Assembly (NCBI GenBank): GCA_951406725.2
Contig: OX597819.1
Span: forward strand, 87,792,001-87,856,000
From: Octopus vulgaris
Taxonomy: Eukaryota
Length of the DNA stretch: 64,000 nt
Direction of reading: 5' to 3'
Shown: one piece after another, positions 1 through 14,499 of the stretch
How the letters are laid out: each line of letters opens with the position of its first letter
Numbering within the stretch: position 1 is the stretch's first letter
Position numbers and translations under genes: made by a program
The notes under the pieces: generated by a model
The model's input: only the letters and a program-made list of their open reading frames with translations
Databases searched by the model: none
Told to the model about the DNA's origin: nothing

Positions 1-236
1 ACGAAAATGTACAGAAGTTATTTCTACTTAGGCTTTTGAAGTGTTCCAGGAAAGCTTTTATTTAGTTAGTCATTTAGCTCTTCATTTTCTCACTGCAAGT
101 CTTTTGTTTCAGTGATGTCAGAGGCATTTTGATGACCTACAATCAAGTGGAATGACTAATTTTTCAATTAACGTGGGTAGGATGTGTGTACATTTCCACA
201 AAATATATCTCTTAGTGAAATAAAGTGGAGAGCTAA

Positions 237-443
237 GGCAGTGAGCTGGCAGAATTAACATACCGGGCAGAATGCTTAGTGGCATTTTGTCTATCTTTAT
301 GTTCTGAGCTCAAATTCCACCAAGGTTGACTTTGCCTTTCATATTTTCAGGGTTGATAAAATAAGTTGAGCCCTAGGGTAAGTGTTATTGACTTGCCCCA
401 TACCCTGAACTTGCTGGCCTTGTGCCAAAATTTGAAACCAATA
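237..443 (+). mobile_element. tRNA-headed SINE with Deu/Nin-like central domain
   Basis: Head GGCAGTGAGCTGGCAGAAT, degenerate B box near GAGCTCAAATTCC, then GTTGACTTTGCCTTTCAT..GGTTGATAAAATAAGT. The same family recurs at 38271-38716. Confidence 0.75.
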
Positions 444-1226
444 TTTATTTCAGATTTTTATTTTGTAGAAAATATTCTGAGACTAGATAAGAAGAAAGAT
501 GAACCATAGCACCAACACTGGAGATTGTCATATCCTGAACAAGACTGGGGTCACCTCAACTCGTATTAACCTCCTCAAAGTATCAGTAGAAGGTTTCACT
601 TAATACTATACACTTATCAAATAACCTAGGAGAGAACAAAACTTTTTCCCCTTAAAGAGACCTTGAAACACTACCATGAGGAAAAGGCTTGGCTACAATC
701 TGAGCTTAGACTTTCATTTTGACCTTAATTTCATTACATACCATCAACTACAAGTATTTTCTGTAAAATGAATCATTCAGTTTAACTTGTCACTGCCTTA
801 TTACCAGAATGACTTACTTGATCATAAATAATTGAATGTGGTAGTGAAAAAATTCTGTTTTGTAAAATTATAAGACTCTATTATTTTAATTTTTATATAA
901 ATCTTTACTGGCAATTCCTAAAGTATCTTTCACAACTAAACATTGAACATAAACGAATGTATCCTATGTATAATTACTTTGGTTATATTACGTGATAGTA
1001 GCATGATACTTTTTCTTAGAATTGCTTTTTACAACATTAGAGTGCAACATTGTTGACATTTTATGGTGTGAAATGTCTGTACTATTCAAGTTCATTTTTT
1101 TGTTTCCACTGTGATCACCACCCATATCTTCTGATTGTGCCAAATCAGGTCAAACTGCACAGATCTACTCTTAATGTATTGTATTATATATATATATATA
1201 TATGACATATCCACTTGGTAACTTAA

Positions 1227-1405
1227 CCCTTTCGTTACTGTATTTATTTTGAGATGCTCTGTGTTTCTTTCAATTACTTTAAATATAACAAAGAATTTAG
1301 TAAAATAACTAAGTTATCATTCAGTTAGTGTTAGGAACATAAATTGTGACTAAACTTATAAAAACAAGACATTTGTACTCAGAGCTAGAGCCGGTAACGA
1401 AAGGG
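1227..1405. mobile_element. piggyBac-type MITE (family A)
   Basis: TTAA on both sides (1223-1226, 1406-1409). Perfect 12-bp TIR CCCTTTCGTTAC/GTAACGAAAGGG. Homologous inverted copy at 13526-13746. Confidence 0.9.
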
Positions 1406-1587
1406 TTAAAGATGTGTGGTCAGTTGTATCTTTATTATAGACTTGTTCTAGTAGTACTTATTGGAATAACATGACTACAGTCACATAAATGACTTGTATT
1501 TGAGGAAATTTAATGTTTTCTCCTCTTAATCCTCCTGCCCACCCCCCACTTTTCTTTTCTACAGAATTTTAAATTTACTTGATTGAG

Positions 1588-1913
1588 TAAAAGGGTAAAG
1601 ACCCCCTTTGGTCATGAATGACCATGAGATTGCACCTAAGAAGTTCCCCGCCGAGGCATAAGTTCAGGCAAGCGTGTTTATGAAATACCAGCAGTCGCCA
1701 ATGCATACCAGCCTCCCTTCTTCATGCCACTGATGTTAACCCAGGGAAAGGAAAAGGTTGATACAGCTTGGCACCAGTGACATTGCAACTCATTTCTACA
1801 ACTGAGTGAACTGGAGCAATATGAAGTGTCTTGCTCAAAAACACAGCCCAGTTCAGGAATCGAACTCACTACCTCACTACCAATGCTTTAACCACTGAGC
1901 CATCCACCTTCAC
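1588..1913 (-). mobile_element. tRNA-headed SINE
   Basis: Minus strand reads A box TGGCTCAGTGG, B box GAGTTCGATTCC, then TTGAGCAAGACACTT..GCTCCAGTTCACTCAG. Confidence 0.75.
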
Positions 1914-2048
1914 AAATTTACCTGATAAAAGTACAGATTTAAGATTTTCATAAGGATTTTTGTTTTTCCAGAAGTACAACCACTATTGCAAATGCTCTCA
2001 AGACAAGACACCTGACTGATATCACCAAGCTTTTTATATCCTTAACAC

Positions 2049-2278
2049 TTGACCCTTCAGCATTTAAACTGACCATATCTGGCCCAAATCCTCTACCTAT
2101 TTATGTTAAAACTTAATAGATCTAACCTCTCACACCTACTCTACAATGTCATTCTGAAACGAAACAAACACATCATCCTAATCTCAAAGCTACAAGATAA
2201 TGCATAATTAATTCAAAACAATGTGAATAAATAAGCATTACATTTGACAGAGTAATCTTAATGCTAAAAGAATGGTTG
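2049..2278. mobile_element. piggyBac-like MITE (family B), decayed
   Basis: Begins ACCCTTCAGCATTTAAACTGACCATATC and ends ATGCTAAAAG. Homologous to 11501-11681, 39132-39355 and 56025-56253. Confidence 0.65.
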
Positions 2279-3357
2279 AATAACATTAGTACTATTGGAA
2301 ATGCGGTTGTAAAATGTATCATCAGGATGCATTAATCTCATTTTACTGACTGATATCTTGTATATGTTACTGCATTTTATTCTAAACATGTAAGAAGAAT
2401 GTTTTATTTGTAAATAGTGAAAATTGTTTATAAATTCACCTTGAAACAGCATGAAAATTTTTTGTAAAACATCAAACTCTCCTTTAGGAAAAGAAACTTT
2501 ATGGTTTGTTTTGCTTTTAAATCATCATACATTTCCATAACAAACTGGTAAACACTTTTAAACATAACAACCTAACAATGGCACTAGATTTTGCTAAGTA
2601 ATATGATCTGACAATTCACTGATAGTGTGTTACAGTTGGCCTGAACACTTGGTATGTTTAAATAGTTTCAACTGATATTTAGAAGAAATGGGACATTTTT
2701 ATAACTTTATCATTTAGTGATAAAGTAGGATTAAAATGATATACAATGCAGTAAGGAAATCCTTACTTTAAAACTTTCTCCTATATGGATGCACAATTCA
2801 ACTGACATTAAATGTACACTAAATTACTTTGTTGTAAATCATAAATTGAACGTAGCTATTGGTGTTGACAAGCCAGTTCTTTTTCCCTTCACTTCTTTAT
2901 TCCACTTGTAGACAACACTTGCATCATATCTATACTTAAGGACCTTATTGCCCTAGCTCACTAAAGTATTGACTATTTTGTTGATGTGTGCAATGTAGAA
3001 TTCATTTCTTCTTGCAATGAAAGAATTAGTTTGAAATATTTTTATCATATTTCTTTTATGCCAACACACTAAAGCTCACATTTGAATTTGATACATTGCT
3101 GAGAAACTTGGATCTGAATTAGTTTTGTAGAATATTAAGTAAAAGAATTACTAAGAAACCTTAGAATTAGATTAACTATTTAGTTGTGAAATTGAATTAC
3201 ATAGTTATTCCAGTAATGATGTTAAATATCTACCAGAAATAGAACTGGTATTTTCTGCAAGTCATGTTGCCTCAATAAACTTGATATCTCACAACAAATT
3301 GGTATATAAAAACTACTTTATGCAGTTAAAAGTAAATGGAATTCTGAGTAATTATAC

Positions 3358-4221
3358 TTAGTATTTGGGCTAAATTTGAAAGTGTTCATAAAAGGAAAAG
3401 AAAACACAATGTTCCATCCAAAATCAGAAGTATTTTTCGAAAAATCAAAGATTATCAACTAGATCATAGCTGAGAGATAACAGTTTACTCAAAGTAGCCG
3501 CCTTCATCTTCTACTATAACCTCAAGACAGCTGTAGAACCTGGCACATGTATTACTCACTGTGTCCTTGGGAAGATCTTCAACCTTGGTGTTGCAGGTAG
3601 AGTGGTTGTTGTCTTTCTCAACTGTGTCCCACACTTAGTAAACCATAAGCTTATAATTGAGGGAATTAGGAGGCCAGAGATTGAGGCTGGTAAAGTTGTA
3701 GAAATTCTCTGATGACAACTTTTGGCTTTTTTTGGATCTATGGCAAGGAGCCAAATCCTGCTGCCGCATGTGTCCTTCCAGCAGCAACCCTCTTCAGCTT
3801 GGGTTTAACTGAAGTCTCCAGAAGCTTCACATAGCCATCTGAATTGAGCCTAAGGCCCTGTTCAGAGATGGAGGTGGGCAGCATGACTTAACCCTCAAAG
3901 GAGACACACATGAAGACCATCACACTTTCAGGGAATTTGGCTTTCATGTTGTCCACGTCACATCTTACAGCCTTTACATTGTTCACAGAGCATTGAGTAC
4001 CAGTCATGCTGTCAGCATTTTGATACCTAGTGTGAATCATCATAATACAGGTAATTCTTCCTATATTCAGATAGCTTCCATTTCTCTGTATCAGCAAACT
4101 TTTTCTCTACTACAGCTTCAAGTTTTATGCTCTCCAATGTCGTTGGCTATTCACCAATACATCAAACTGTTCCTGAAGAAAGAAGACATACAGAATTGTC
4201 AAATTTAACCCAAACACCTTA
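3358..4221 (-). mobile_element. Decayed Tc1/mariner (DD37D/maT-like) element
   Basis: Imperfect TIRs (GTATTTGGGCTAAATTTGA / TCAAATTTAACCCAAACAC). Minus-strand QQD.AP and WPPNSP remnants resemble 36051-37275. Confidence 0.7.
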
Positions 4222-5269
4222 TATCTGATTTCTATAGTAGAGGTTTATAGCTGATTCAATACTGGCTTCCATTCCATGTCAAAGACTAATTTCTTTTAAA
4301 TCAATTTTAGTAGAACAATCATTTGACAAATTTAGATACTTTTACTACATTTTTTTTTACCATTAGTACTCAGTACAAATTTTTTACATAATGTATAGGA
4401 ATTTTGTGGTGTATTAATGTAGTTTTGACATTCCTTTTTTTTTTTATTTCTTAAGCACATTTATTCTACAGTTGCTACTTTTAACATATCTATAAAATAA
4501 TTTTCATTCAATAAATGTGCAACATATGTTTAATTGGTATATTCTTAACACCTACATTATCACCACCCATTTTAACAGCTGTTTTATTATCTTTCTCAAT
4601 GCCAAAATATTACAGATGCTTCTCCAAAAACATCTCTCCTTGTCTCTTTATATCTGTTGATCAATTCCAACTCCTTTGGCTTTATTTCATATTTCATTTG
4701 GTTGGTTTCATTGGTAATTATAGCTTAGGATGTTCTTTGCCAGTATTTTTATTTCAGTTCATATACTTTAAAGTGTTTTCTTCTGTTAAACAACATAGTA
4801 TGCTACTGATTGCTAGGTCATTGTTCCATTAGATTTGACTTTTACCCATCAAATATATACAGTATGTAGATAGGATTATAATCCAAGCTGTGCTCTCAAG
4901 AAACACTTCTGCATATTCCAATACTCAAAAGTATACCTAGATGTTATATTTTATTTGAGAGTTGAAAATACTTCTGTTTCTTCTCTATATTTCTCTCTTT
5001 ATCTATCTATCTCTATATATATATATATGACTCCTGATTAATACTTGATTCTATATATTATAGCTCCATCCAATATAAATTTTGTATTATTTTAATTCTT
5101 GGTCTGAAAAATTACTACTGACAGATATCTTACATGTTTTTCTACATGTATAACTTTGTAACTCCTATATAGTAAAGAAACATATGTAAAAGAGAATAAA
5201 TAGCAAAAGCTTTCCAGTCTTCCATTTTGGTATATATTACTATATCTGCCAGACTATCAAATGTATTAT

Positions 5270-5528
5270 ATACCACTGGTCACAATGTGCTTCCTCACAT
5301 TGTTGTAGCTTTTAAGTAGTACCACCCTGCTGGCTAGGCAGGCTGGCCAACATTACCTTTGAATGAAATGCCAGTCTATTATAGGGTTACCTATTTACAG
5401 CTGAGTGGACTGGAGTAACATGAAATGAAGTTTGCTTATGAACACAATGCACTGACAGTTTGAGAATCAAAACCACAATCCAGTGATCATGAGTGCAACA
5501 CCCTAACCAATAGGCCAATCACTTTCAC
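5270..5528 (-). mobile_element. tRNA-headed SINE
   Basis: TTTACAGCTGAGTGGACTGGAG core and reversed head CCCTAACCAATAGGCC. Homologous to 19140-19456 and 37925-38250. Confidence 0.7.
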
Positions 5529-6429
5529 ACACACACATCAAATGTTTGCATCTTAAAATAGCTAACTACTCATATGTATGAGTATGGGTAAATAGATATG
5601 TTAAGCTGTAGATATTTGATCTATTAAAAAGCTTCTTTTGGAGATCATACAGTTTATTGTTAATCTACATGTAGTTTCTAATCATTGTCTATTTCTTTTA
5701 CACTTTTGTTTCTGCTCTGTAAAAGCTTTGAGGGAAAACAGTCAGCAAAGAGGTAACAAATTGAATTTGAGATGCATTTAGTTTTAAAATGACTAAACAG
5801 TTTAGTATTACGTTGTAACTCACAGTAAAACAAAAACTACTAGTCAAAAATGTGGGTCATTTCTTTTTATAAAAACTATCAGAGCAAGAAAGTTTTACAT
5901 TTCTTTTTTCAATAACAGTATAAACTCGTTGGATTTCTTTATGAGTTTTTTTTTAGAAAATACTATCAGTTATTACCTAACAAGCTACAAACTTATGATT
6001 AGCAGTTTTATCATTCTCTCTTTGTCATGATCATAATTTAATGCTCGCTTTTTCCATTCTTGCAACGGGTCAAATAAAGTTTCCTGTAACAGATTTTATA
6101 CAGCTTTATTTCTTCCCTGTCACCAACACTCACCTGTTTTCAAGCATGATAATATTTTCCATGGAAGATAGGAAATATACAATATTGTTTGTATGACAGT
6201 GATGCTCACTTGAAGCCATTGCTTGATATCAAGATGAGGGTACATGTACACACATATATCACTATACTGATCAGACTCAAAGATGTTGTTATACACCACT
6301 GATCACAATGTGATTCCTTGCATAGTTGTAGCTTCCAGATGTTGCCACCCCATGCTAGGCAGGCAGGCCAATGTTGACCTAGGAAAGACAAGTTATAGTT
6401 AGCAAGACCTAACATTAAATTCTACAGTT

Positions 6430-7030
6430 ATGTAGATAAGTCATACCTGATATGTAGAAATGGAGCAGGTGGAAACTCTGTAACTGCAGCCAATTTAAAC
6501 TATGAGTGTGCAGATGGTCTGGCTGATGAAAAGGGCTCCATTAAAATCAAAGCTCTCATAAAATGCAATCTTTCAACTGCCCAAAGGCTCCCTAGAAATA
6601 GTTGACAACTTGTGTTTACCTAACTGACCTAATTAGTGGTGAAAGTGGGTGTTGTGAAAGTATAGTAGCTTCAGTCAGGATAGTCATTACTTGATGCTTG
6701 TCTGCAATGTGGCATGTTTCCAAGACTGGAACAAGGACTACAGAAGGGAAGCTAGAGAGAAATATTGCAAGCAGGCTCTGTTAGAAGTGCAATATCATCA
6801 TGCTTGAATGATGGCAAGCTGAGAGAAAATCGGTATTAGAGGTATCAGCTGTAATATGTTAAAAAGATTGCATTGGTATGGAAGTCAAATGACCAAAGTG
6901 GAAGGGATCTGCAAAATAGGTTGAAGGGGAAAATGTGCTGCAGGCTGATCTTAAGATACTAAACTTTATCAACATGGTAAAGAACTACAATATAATTGGT
7001 TAGATGGGCAGACACATCCAGCATAAACAA
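6430..7030 (+). mobile_element. Highly decayed RTE LINE C-terminal fragment
   Basis: Patchy similarity to the 3' coding part of the RTE at 51400-52250. Confidence 0.45.
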
Positions 7031-7039
7031 GCTCATTGG

Positions 7040-7507
7040 TGCAGGCATGGCTGTGTGATTATGAAGTGTGCTTTGAAACATTTTCAGTTAAGCTTCTATA
7101 CAATGGCCATGGATCAACCAATACTTTCAGGTTAAATTAGTTGAGAGAAACTAAGTCATTTAAGTGTGTGTGTGTGTGATTTTGTATTCCTCTTTTGTCA
7201 TTATTTGTTTGCTGGCTGTAAGCAAAACAGGCTCGCTATTATTACATGCAGTATCCTGTGCTTGCAGTCAACCGCAAAAGTACATCTAGGCTTCTTGACA
7301 TGTCTTTACATGTGTGATCTTTGCAAGCAAAATGTGAATGAAAGAAAAACTCATGACTCTGTCCACACCATTTCTTCAATAGACTAAGGGATTCTTAGAA
7401 ACTGTCAATGAATGGAAGGACATCTGAAAATCTACCTCAACAAATTTCATCTGACCCATGCAAGCATGGGAACATAGATATGAAAATGATTATAATGATG
7501 ATGATTA
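7040..7507 (+). mobile_element. SINE with internal (TG)n and RTE-type (GAT)n tail
   Basis: GCAGGCATGGCTGTGTG head and CCCATGCAAGCATGG..ATGATGATGAT tail shared with RTE ends in this window. Confidence 0.65.
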
Positions 7508-8896
7508 TCCTTTCCTTGGACTATTATAAAGGCCCTTTAGGCACCTTGTGGTCTGGCATTTATATATAAACCAACTTATAATATTGTTTGACCATTTTTT
7601 TTTCACCAAATACATCTGAGATATGATTTTTATGGTGGGTTTGATATTTGTTGCAAATTGACAGTGTATTGATTAGAGATTATTACCAGTTAGAAACAGG
7701 AAATTGTCCTATTAGTCTTTTTTTTTTATGCATTAGACTTAAACATGTCAAAACAAGTAATACTTCATTGATAGTATTGGGTGAAGAAAGATGAAAATAA
7801 AATATAGCATTAAATAACACTATTTTATTAATGGTAGATTCTTGGAAATGTTTTCACCATCCTTACCCCAAATATGAAAAAAGAACAGTAAAACTTATAA
7901 AAGTAATTCTCGCCTATTTTCCTTAACCATCACATTTACTGATGAAATGTAAACATCAAAGGCAACCATTTTGTCTCTTCAGAAGCATTATTTGATGTGC
8001 TTTTTTCCCTTTTTTTTCAAAGCCAGAAGGAATGTAACTTAAAAATTTGGCTGCTATTTTCAGCAGATCAAATGGCTGCATAGAGGATCTCTCACTGGCC
8101 ACAATACAAATGTCTGCAGTAAACTTTGAACTTCTGACTTACAAAGATGCTACTGCAAAAGTGTTGAGGTACAAGATACATTAGACTAGACGAAAAGATG
8201 GGATGTGATCAAAGGGCCGGAATCCCTTTCAGTTAGGTCTACTCAACCATGGCTGATCTAGAGGTAAAAAATAGCATCACCATCACTTCCAGTTACACAT
8301 AATGATTTTTCTATAGATGATACTGTCCTTCACTTGTCATACAGGTGGGTTGTAGACTTAAACAAATGATGGTAGTCTGAATACTTTATCCACTTAGTCA
8401 AGACTGAAAAATAAATCATAACACTCCTTGTTTAACCTCAAATCAGCTTTGAGCAAGCCTAGTATCAAAGCTACCCAGCCATGACTTCTTGCTTTATTAT
8501 TTTAGCCATTCGAATTTATGTAGTTGCCATTAGAAAAGATACAAGCAACAAAAAATTCTTTCTCTCTCACTCCTTCTTTTTGTATTTATATTAAGTAATT
8601 ATGAGTATCATTTTATTCAGCCAAACATACAGATAATTATTAATTCAGTTTCAACAATAGAGATGTATTCCCTTCCTATATTGTAGAAAATTCAACTTAT
8701 TTAGAAGCAGTTCTGGACAATGGGTTTGCTTGTGTTTCACAATGAATTTTTAAATTTTCTAATGTTGTTTTCTTGCATATGCAGAAGTTCGGAGACCAAA
8801 TAGAAAGGCTTCACTCAGAGACCAAAGAAAAAGGTCTCACTTTGTTTGGAGGCTTATAGTTTCTCTATGACACTAAAAATTACCAATCATTTTTAT

Positions 8897-9326
8897 AAGG
8901 CATGACTGTTTGATAAGAACAACAACATGGTCTCAGGTACAGTTTCTCAACAATATGGTTTCATGTTCAGTCCCACTGCATAGCACCTTGGGCAAGTTCT
9001 TCTTGACAAAAGTTTTATGAGTGGATTTTGGGGATAGAAACCAAAAGAAGGTCTGTGTGTGTGTGTGTGTGCACGCACGCACAAGCACATCACCTTTCTT
9101 TGACTTCATGTAATAGTTGTAAACAAATGTCCCTGTCATGCAAATGGTGTCCTTCATTTCTAATCTTCTCTGAAAACAATGCCTGGTCATTTGGAATATC
9201 ACCTTGCTTGGAAACAGATAAGTGTTAGCAACAGGAAAGGCTTCTAGCAATAGAAAAATTTTCAACAAATTCTGTCTCACCTATATACATGCTTGGAAAA
9301 GTGGATGTTAAAATGATGGTGATGAT
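8897..9326 (+). mobile_element. SINE with internal (TG)n and (GAT)n tail
   Basis: GTTCAGTCCCACTGCATAGCACCTTGGGCAAGT head/core and tail GGAAAAGTGGATGTTAAAATGATGGTGATG. Confidence 0.75.
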
Positions 9327-9783
9327 TTCCCACAATTTTCCGAATTGTGAGATTTTTCTGACTGTTCTACAATTAAAAAAGAGAAATCTTGTAACTATAT
9401 TGTTATTTCTGATGACTTCTTAAAGTAGTTTGTTCTTTTGCTGTAATACAAAGACACTGTGACTAACATGTCTCAGCTGCTTCAACAATGTAAACCTGAA
9501 GAAAAAAGATTTTGTGTGACATATGTTTGAATCAAGCAGTAAAGGCAATTAATAAAAATTTAAAACAAAACATTAGATCCATTATTAAGTAGTAATTATA
9601 CACAAAATTATTGACAGGAGTGGTATTAAGACATATTTTATGGCTCTGCTGTGGTGTCACTTTGGACAGTAGTAGCTAATAAAGCACTTTTTTTTTCTAC
9701 AACCTGTGCCACTCAAAAATGAAAATGAATGGATAAGTGATGATTATTGTACTCTAAGTAGTTAACATCTAATTGGTATACCA

Positions 9784-10400
9784 TTGGCTGTTTGGTTAAG
9801 AAACTTGCTTCCAAACCATGTGTTCTTGGGTTCAAAATGTACCCTTGTCTAGACATCACATGATGGTTGCAAATGAGCTCCATCATCAATATCATACAAT
9901 CAATGTTGTTCATTCTTGCATATGAAACTTGTCAGGCCATGGGGAAATAGTATTTTGCTTGAGAACAGGTAGTGGGTGGCAACCACAGGGGCATCCAACT
10001 GTAAAAAATTTGCCTCAACAAATTCTGTCACTGTTGTTTTTTTTTCTAGCTTTATTTTGTTTGTCATTAGACTGCAACCATGCTGGAGCACTGCCTTGAT
10101 GAATTTAAGTTGAACAAATCAATCCCAGTACTTTATTTTTTGTAAAGCTTGCTACTTATTTTATCGATCTCTTTTTTGCCAAACCTCTAAGTTATTGGAC
10201 AACAAGCAATGGTGGAAACAAACATATACACAAAGACACACATACACATATATATAAATGATGAGCTTTCAGTTTCTGTCTACCAAATCCACTCACCAAG
10301 CTTTGCTCAGTAGTAAAAGCTATAGTTGAAGACACTTGCCCAAGGTGCCACACAGTAGGTCTTAACCTGGAACCATGTAGTTGGGAAACAAAATTCTTAC
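9784..10400. mobile_element. Two adjacent SINEs in opposite orientation (+ ~9784-10030; - ~10045-10400)
   Basis: Plus head TGGCTGTTTGGTTAAGAAACTTGCTTCC. Reversed head GACACTTGCCCAAGGTG..CTTACCACGCAGCCATGCCTG. Confidence 0.7.
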
Positions 10401-11500
10401 CACGCAGCCATGCCTGTGCCTAATAGATTTTTCTTTTTCTTAAATCTTTATCTTACTCATCTTTTTCTTCCTATTGCAAACCAGAAAATTAGATACCCGA
10501 AAACGTCAAATAAACTTAAATATTGCAGTTAAATTACTTACATATGAAGCCTTGCCATTGCTACATCAACATGACTTGAAGCCAGTAAGTTATCAAGTTA
10601 TGGAGGTTAGGAAAAACAAACTTATTTGACATAAAATTAGTCTGGTTTTTGCTAATAATTATTTCATAGTGTATCAGGTAACATGAAATAACCATCCTCT
10701 TAATATGTTCCACGTATGAGGAATATTCTTGACTGAAGCATGTAATTTAAAAAGGATATTGTTCAATTTTCTGATAAAATCTTCATGAATAAATCTTTAA
10801 TTCACCTTAGCTGAAGAATCATTCTTCTTGTGAGTTATCGAAACTTTTTTTATTTGTAGACTCTATATATGCTTCAAAGTCTCTTTTACATGGTCTGTCT
10901 TGAGATTTTGTGTTCAAGTACAACTCTTCACTGGTAGTTATTTTTATATACAATAGTAAAATGCAATGTGGGGTTTCACTTTAACCATTTAAATTAAGTT
11001 ACTTATGTATACAATGAGAACTGCATCTGTGTTGCACACATTTGAAACCATTTCTAGTATGCCAATTTGTATGATGAAACTATATATTGATTAATGTACT
11101 GGAATTACCTGATATAGTTGCTCCATGGTTTAACTCGTTAATTTCATTTTTCCCCAATCATTTTCATTATATTATTTTCTTTATTTTTTTTCTTACGCTA
11201 CCTCAAAAAAAAAACACAAGGTACTTATTATTAGTCTTCAGTAAATGATAGACACTAAGAAAGCAATGTCAATGAGTAGTAAACTGAAGCTTTAAATACG
11301 GGATAATTGTAATACAGTCTCGTTCAGTAAAGTCTTTCAGGAATGTAGGACAAGTTAGATTTAACCCAAAAACAACAAAGCTTTATACCTATCTACTTGA
11401 AAACAAGTACTAATAATACTTTTATCATTCATATTCATATGAGTTCATACCAGCTACTAAATTTTGAAATTCTTATAAATTTATTTGTATGTATGCATAT

Positions 11501-11681
11501 TTAACCTTCAGCATTTAAACTGGCCATATCCAACCTAAATATTCTAGGATCTGTGTTGAGTAGGCATGCAAAAAATCAAAAAACTGCATTGTCAAAATTT
11601 TGAAACTGGGAGATAATGCATCGTTAATTCAAAATTGTGAATAAGAAAGCATTAAATTTAACTCTGAATGCTGAAGTGTTA
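11501..11681. mobile_element. piggyBac-like MITE (family B)
   Basis: TTAACCTTCAGCATT at the start and AATGCTGAAGTGTTA at the end form inverted termini. Confidence 0.7.
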
Positions 11682-13274
11682 GAAAGGTTTTCCTCAATAA
11701 TAGATTTAATTTTCATGTCAGTCATACATCATTATATGTAATCTTCTCTACGAACAAGTCTTAGTTTAAATTACCTAAACCTGCAATAGTTCCAGAAATC
11801 ATGTCATCTAATGATTGCTGTTGGCTGGTTTTCTAAGCATAATTAGCAGATAGTAATCCACGCATGGAATCTAATGGTTCTGGCTTCTTTTATTATACTT
11901 TTAAATATTTTAAAGATTAGTTTTGGTTGATATATTGAGTGTTTTTTTTAATACTTATTGTCATAAAACAGATAAACTTCCATTTATTAGATATAAAACT
12001 ATATGATCTCTAGATTGAATAGTTTGTGTTTTTGTTTCTGTTCTACTTGTCTAAATCATATTAAGGATATCTTATGTGTGATGTTTGATACTACTAGTTA
12101 AGAATAACTGACATTTGAAACTTGTCAATTTACTAGTCTTTTTCTAAATCTAGAATTATAAACTTCCTACAAGTGTTAGTCTAATTTGGTTGAAGGAATA
12201 ATGATAATGAAACAATATAATTGCTGCATGTTATTACAAAGAATTTTTTGTTTATGGTCGGATTAGTGGTGATTGTCACATATTGTAAATAAATTCATTA
12301 AACAAAACATTTATTAAAGGCTACAATTAGTACAATTATTTGTTGTTGTTTTTTTTTAATTATTTGATAATGTATTTCAGTTTTAGTAATGTTACAATTT
12401 TTTTTTCTTTTATAACACAATCTATTATTTCCATTTGACTGCTTTATCCTGCCATATTATTTATTCTTGATACAATACAAGCCAGATTGTTTTACATGCC
12501 CCCTCATCAGATGAAGTTTTATTTCTTTTAGAACCTGATTTTGCAACATCCATTTTGAAAATTATCATTTCTACAATGATTAGCTTTTGTTAATAACTGT
12601 GAAACATTTTAGTGGTCCTCTTGTTAGCACAAGCAGAATGTTTATCCAGGGAATGATTTTACAACTAAACAAGTTTACTGTTATGAAAACATATGACCTT
12701 GTGGGCTCAATTCCTGGAACAGGCTGCAAGTTGTGTCCTTGACAAGAACATTTTATTTCATGTTGCTCCAGTTTACTCAGCTGTAAATGAGTGCCAGTCA
12801 GGTTCTAGTCTCTCTCTCTCTCTCCCCCCATTTGTTCACAACTACATAGGTATCTAAAACAATTAGCAAAAGTGCAGTAGTATGACAGCTGACTGTACCC
12901 TTCCTATTACTAAACACTCAAAGAAAAGTAGTAGAATCTGCTTTTTAGTCGGATGGATAAACCAGAGCAAGCGGTTAATGTTGATAGTAGCATTATTTTG
13001 AGATATTTTCTGTATTCTGTAGATCACACCATAAGCCTTACATTCAATGTCTTGAATTAGAGAAAAGATTTTAATTTACTTTTTGATGAATGTTTTCATA
13101 TTGTCTAAATTTGTACCATTAGCTCAATTGAATTATTTGCCTCAGCTCATTTTATTTTTTAATTATTTTTGTATCCTGTTTGTTTATTTTATAACCCTCT
13201 TTTCCCCTAAATCTGTGCCCTTTGCATATAATGATTTACTTTGTTTATCTCCTGTGTCTTATTTCTGTTTATAG

Positions 13275-13391
13275 GTAACAAAAGCCCATATCCGCTTCAG
13301 TACACTTATGTCCCCACTGCTGGAGTACCTACAATACCACAACCTATGCCTACATACATACCAGGTTCTCCATATCCTACTACATACCAGT
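13275..13391 (+). CDS. DAZAP2: DAZ-associated protein 2, first coding exon found (phase 1 to phase 1)
   Basis: Polypyrimidine tract then ATAG acceptor; GTAAGT donor at 13392. Encodes (G)NKSPYPLQYTYVPTAGVPTIPQPMPTYIPGSPYPTTYQ and joins in frame to 22032. Confidence 0.85.
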
Positions 13392-13525
13392 GTAAGTACA
13401 AATTTACCAAATTTGGTAAACTAATTAATCCAACAGTATTTTTAACACTACACATTGTAAATTTCTTCAGTCCATCCTAGCATAAAAAAAAAACCTTATG
13501 TTAAACTATTGATTGCGATAATTAA

Positions 13526-13746
13526 CCCTTTTGATACCAACCCGGCTGAAACTGCCTCTGGCTCTTTGTACAAATGTCTTGTTTTCATAAGTTTTGAATT
13601 AAAATCTTCCACCAAAACCTTAGTCACAATTTATGTTCCTAACACTAACTTAATGATATCTAAGTTATTTTACTAAATTCTTTGTTATATTTAATGTAAT
13701 TGAATGAAACACAGCATATCTCAGCAGAAATCTGGTAACAAAAGGG
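13526..13746. mobile_element. piggyBac-type MITE (family A), inverted relative to the 1227 copy
   Basis: TTAA at 13522-13525 and 13747-13750. TIR CCCTTTTGATACCA/TGGTAACAAAAGGG. Confidence 0.9.
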
Positions 13747-14499
13747 TTAATACGTTTATTTTGTTTTCTTAACATGAGTTTGATGATGGCTTGTAAATTC
13801 TAAGTATATTAGAACTTTTGCTTCACAAATGAATTTCTCTTCCTCATTAAATCACAGGATAACACCTACTATCTAATTTGGGGGTTGCAGATTTTAAGTG
13901 CTTACTCTAAAAAAGCATAATGTGTTATAAGTGTCCTTGAACTTACTTCTAAATTCAGTAATATACCCTTATGGTTGATGCACTTCTTTTTGTATTAAAA
14001 TTTGTAAGTCTTATAAGTTTTTATTAGATACAAATGAGAACTGCAACAGTCATGTCCTTTCAAATATGTCATTAATGCTCTTGAAAAGCATCAGTCTCAC
14101 ATAATCTTTACTGTTCTACCATGAAAATGTGAGGCCTTACACCAGTGTCTGAAAGAAATTAACAATTTTCTTAAATATTACTTAGAGGAAGAACAACAGA
14201 ACGCATGACCATTTTCAAGGCTTTGGAGACTAGTAGAATGAAGATACACTCAGACTGGTCCAAATAAATGCTTGCAACACTAGATTCTATGAAAGATATT
14301 TAAGAACAGAAATGGTTCATCTGATGGGCTTCTACAATTTTTTTCTAACAGATTTCACTTGCAAGACATTTACCTAAATTAGAGTGCAGAAGGAACAAGC
14401 CCAAAACCACACAGTTGTAGATCAATTTTCTTAACCTCAGATCTGTGTCCCTAAATGAATCATGAAAGAACTTGACTGCCAGATGTTTTGAATCCTGTT

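Noticed and set aside
8786-8845. Candidate DAZAP2 upstream exon after TTGCATATGCAG
   Set aside because: No ATG or suitable phase-1 donor; the sequence is a short tandem duplication.
13271-13280. AG|GTAACA as a recursive splice site
   Set aside because: Explained by the split codon at the start of a coding exon that has its own GTAAGT donor.
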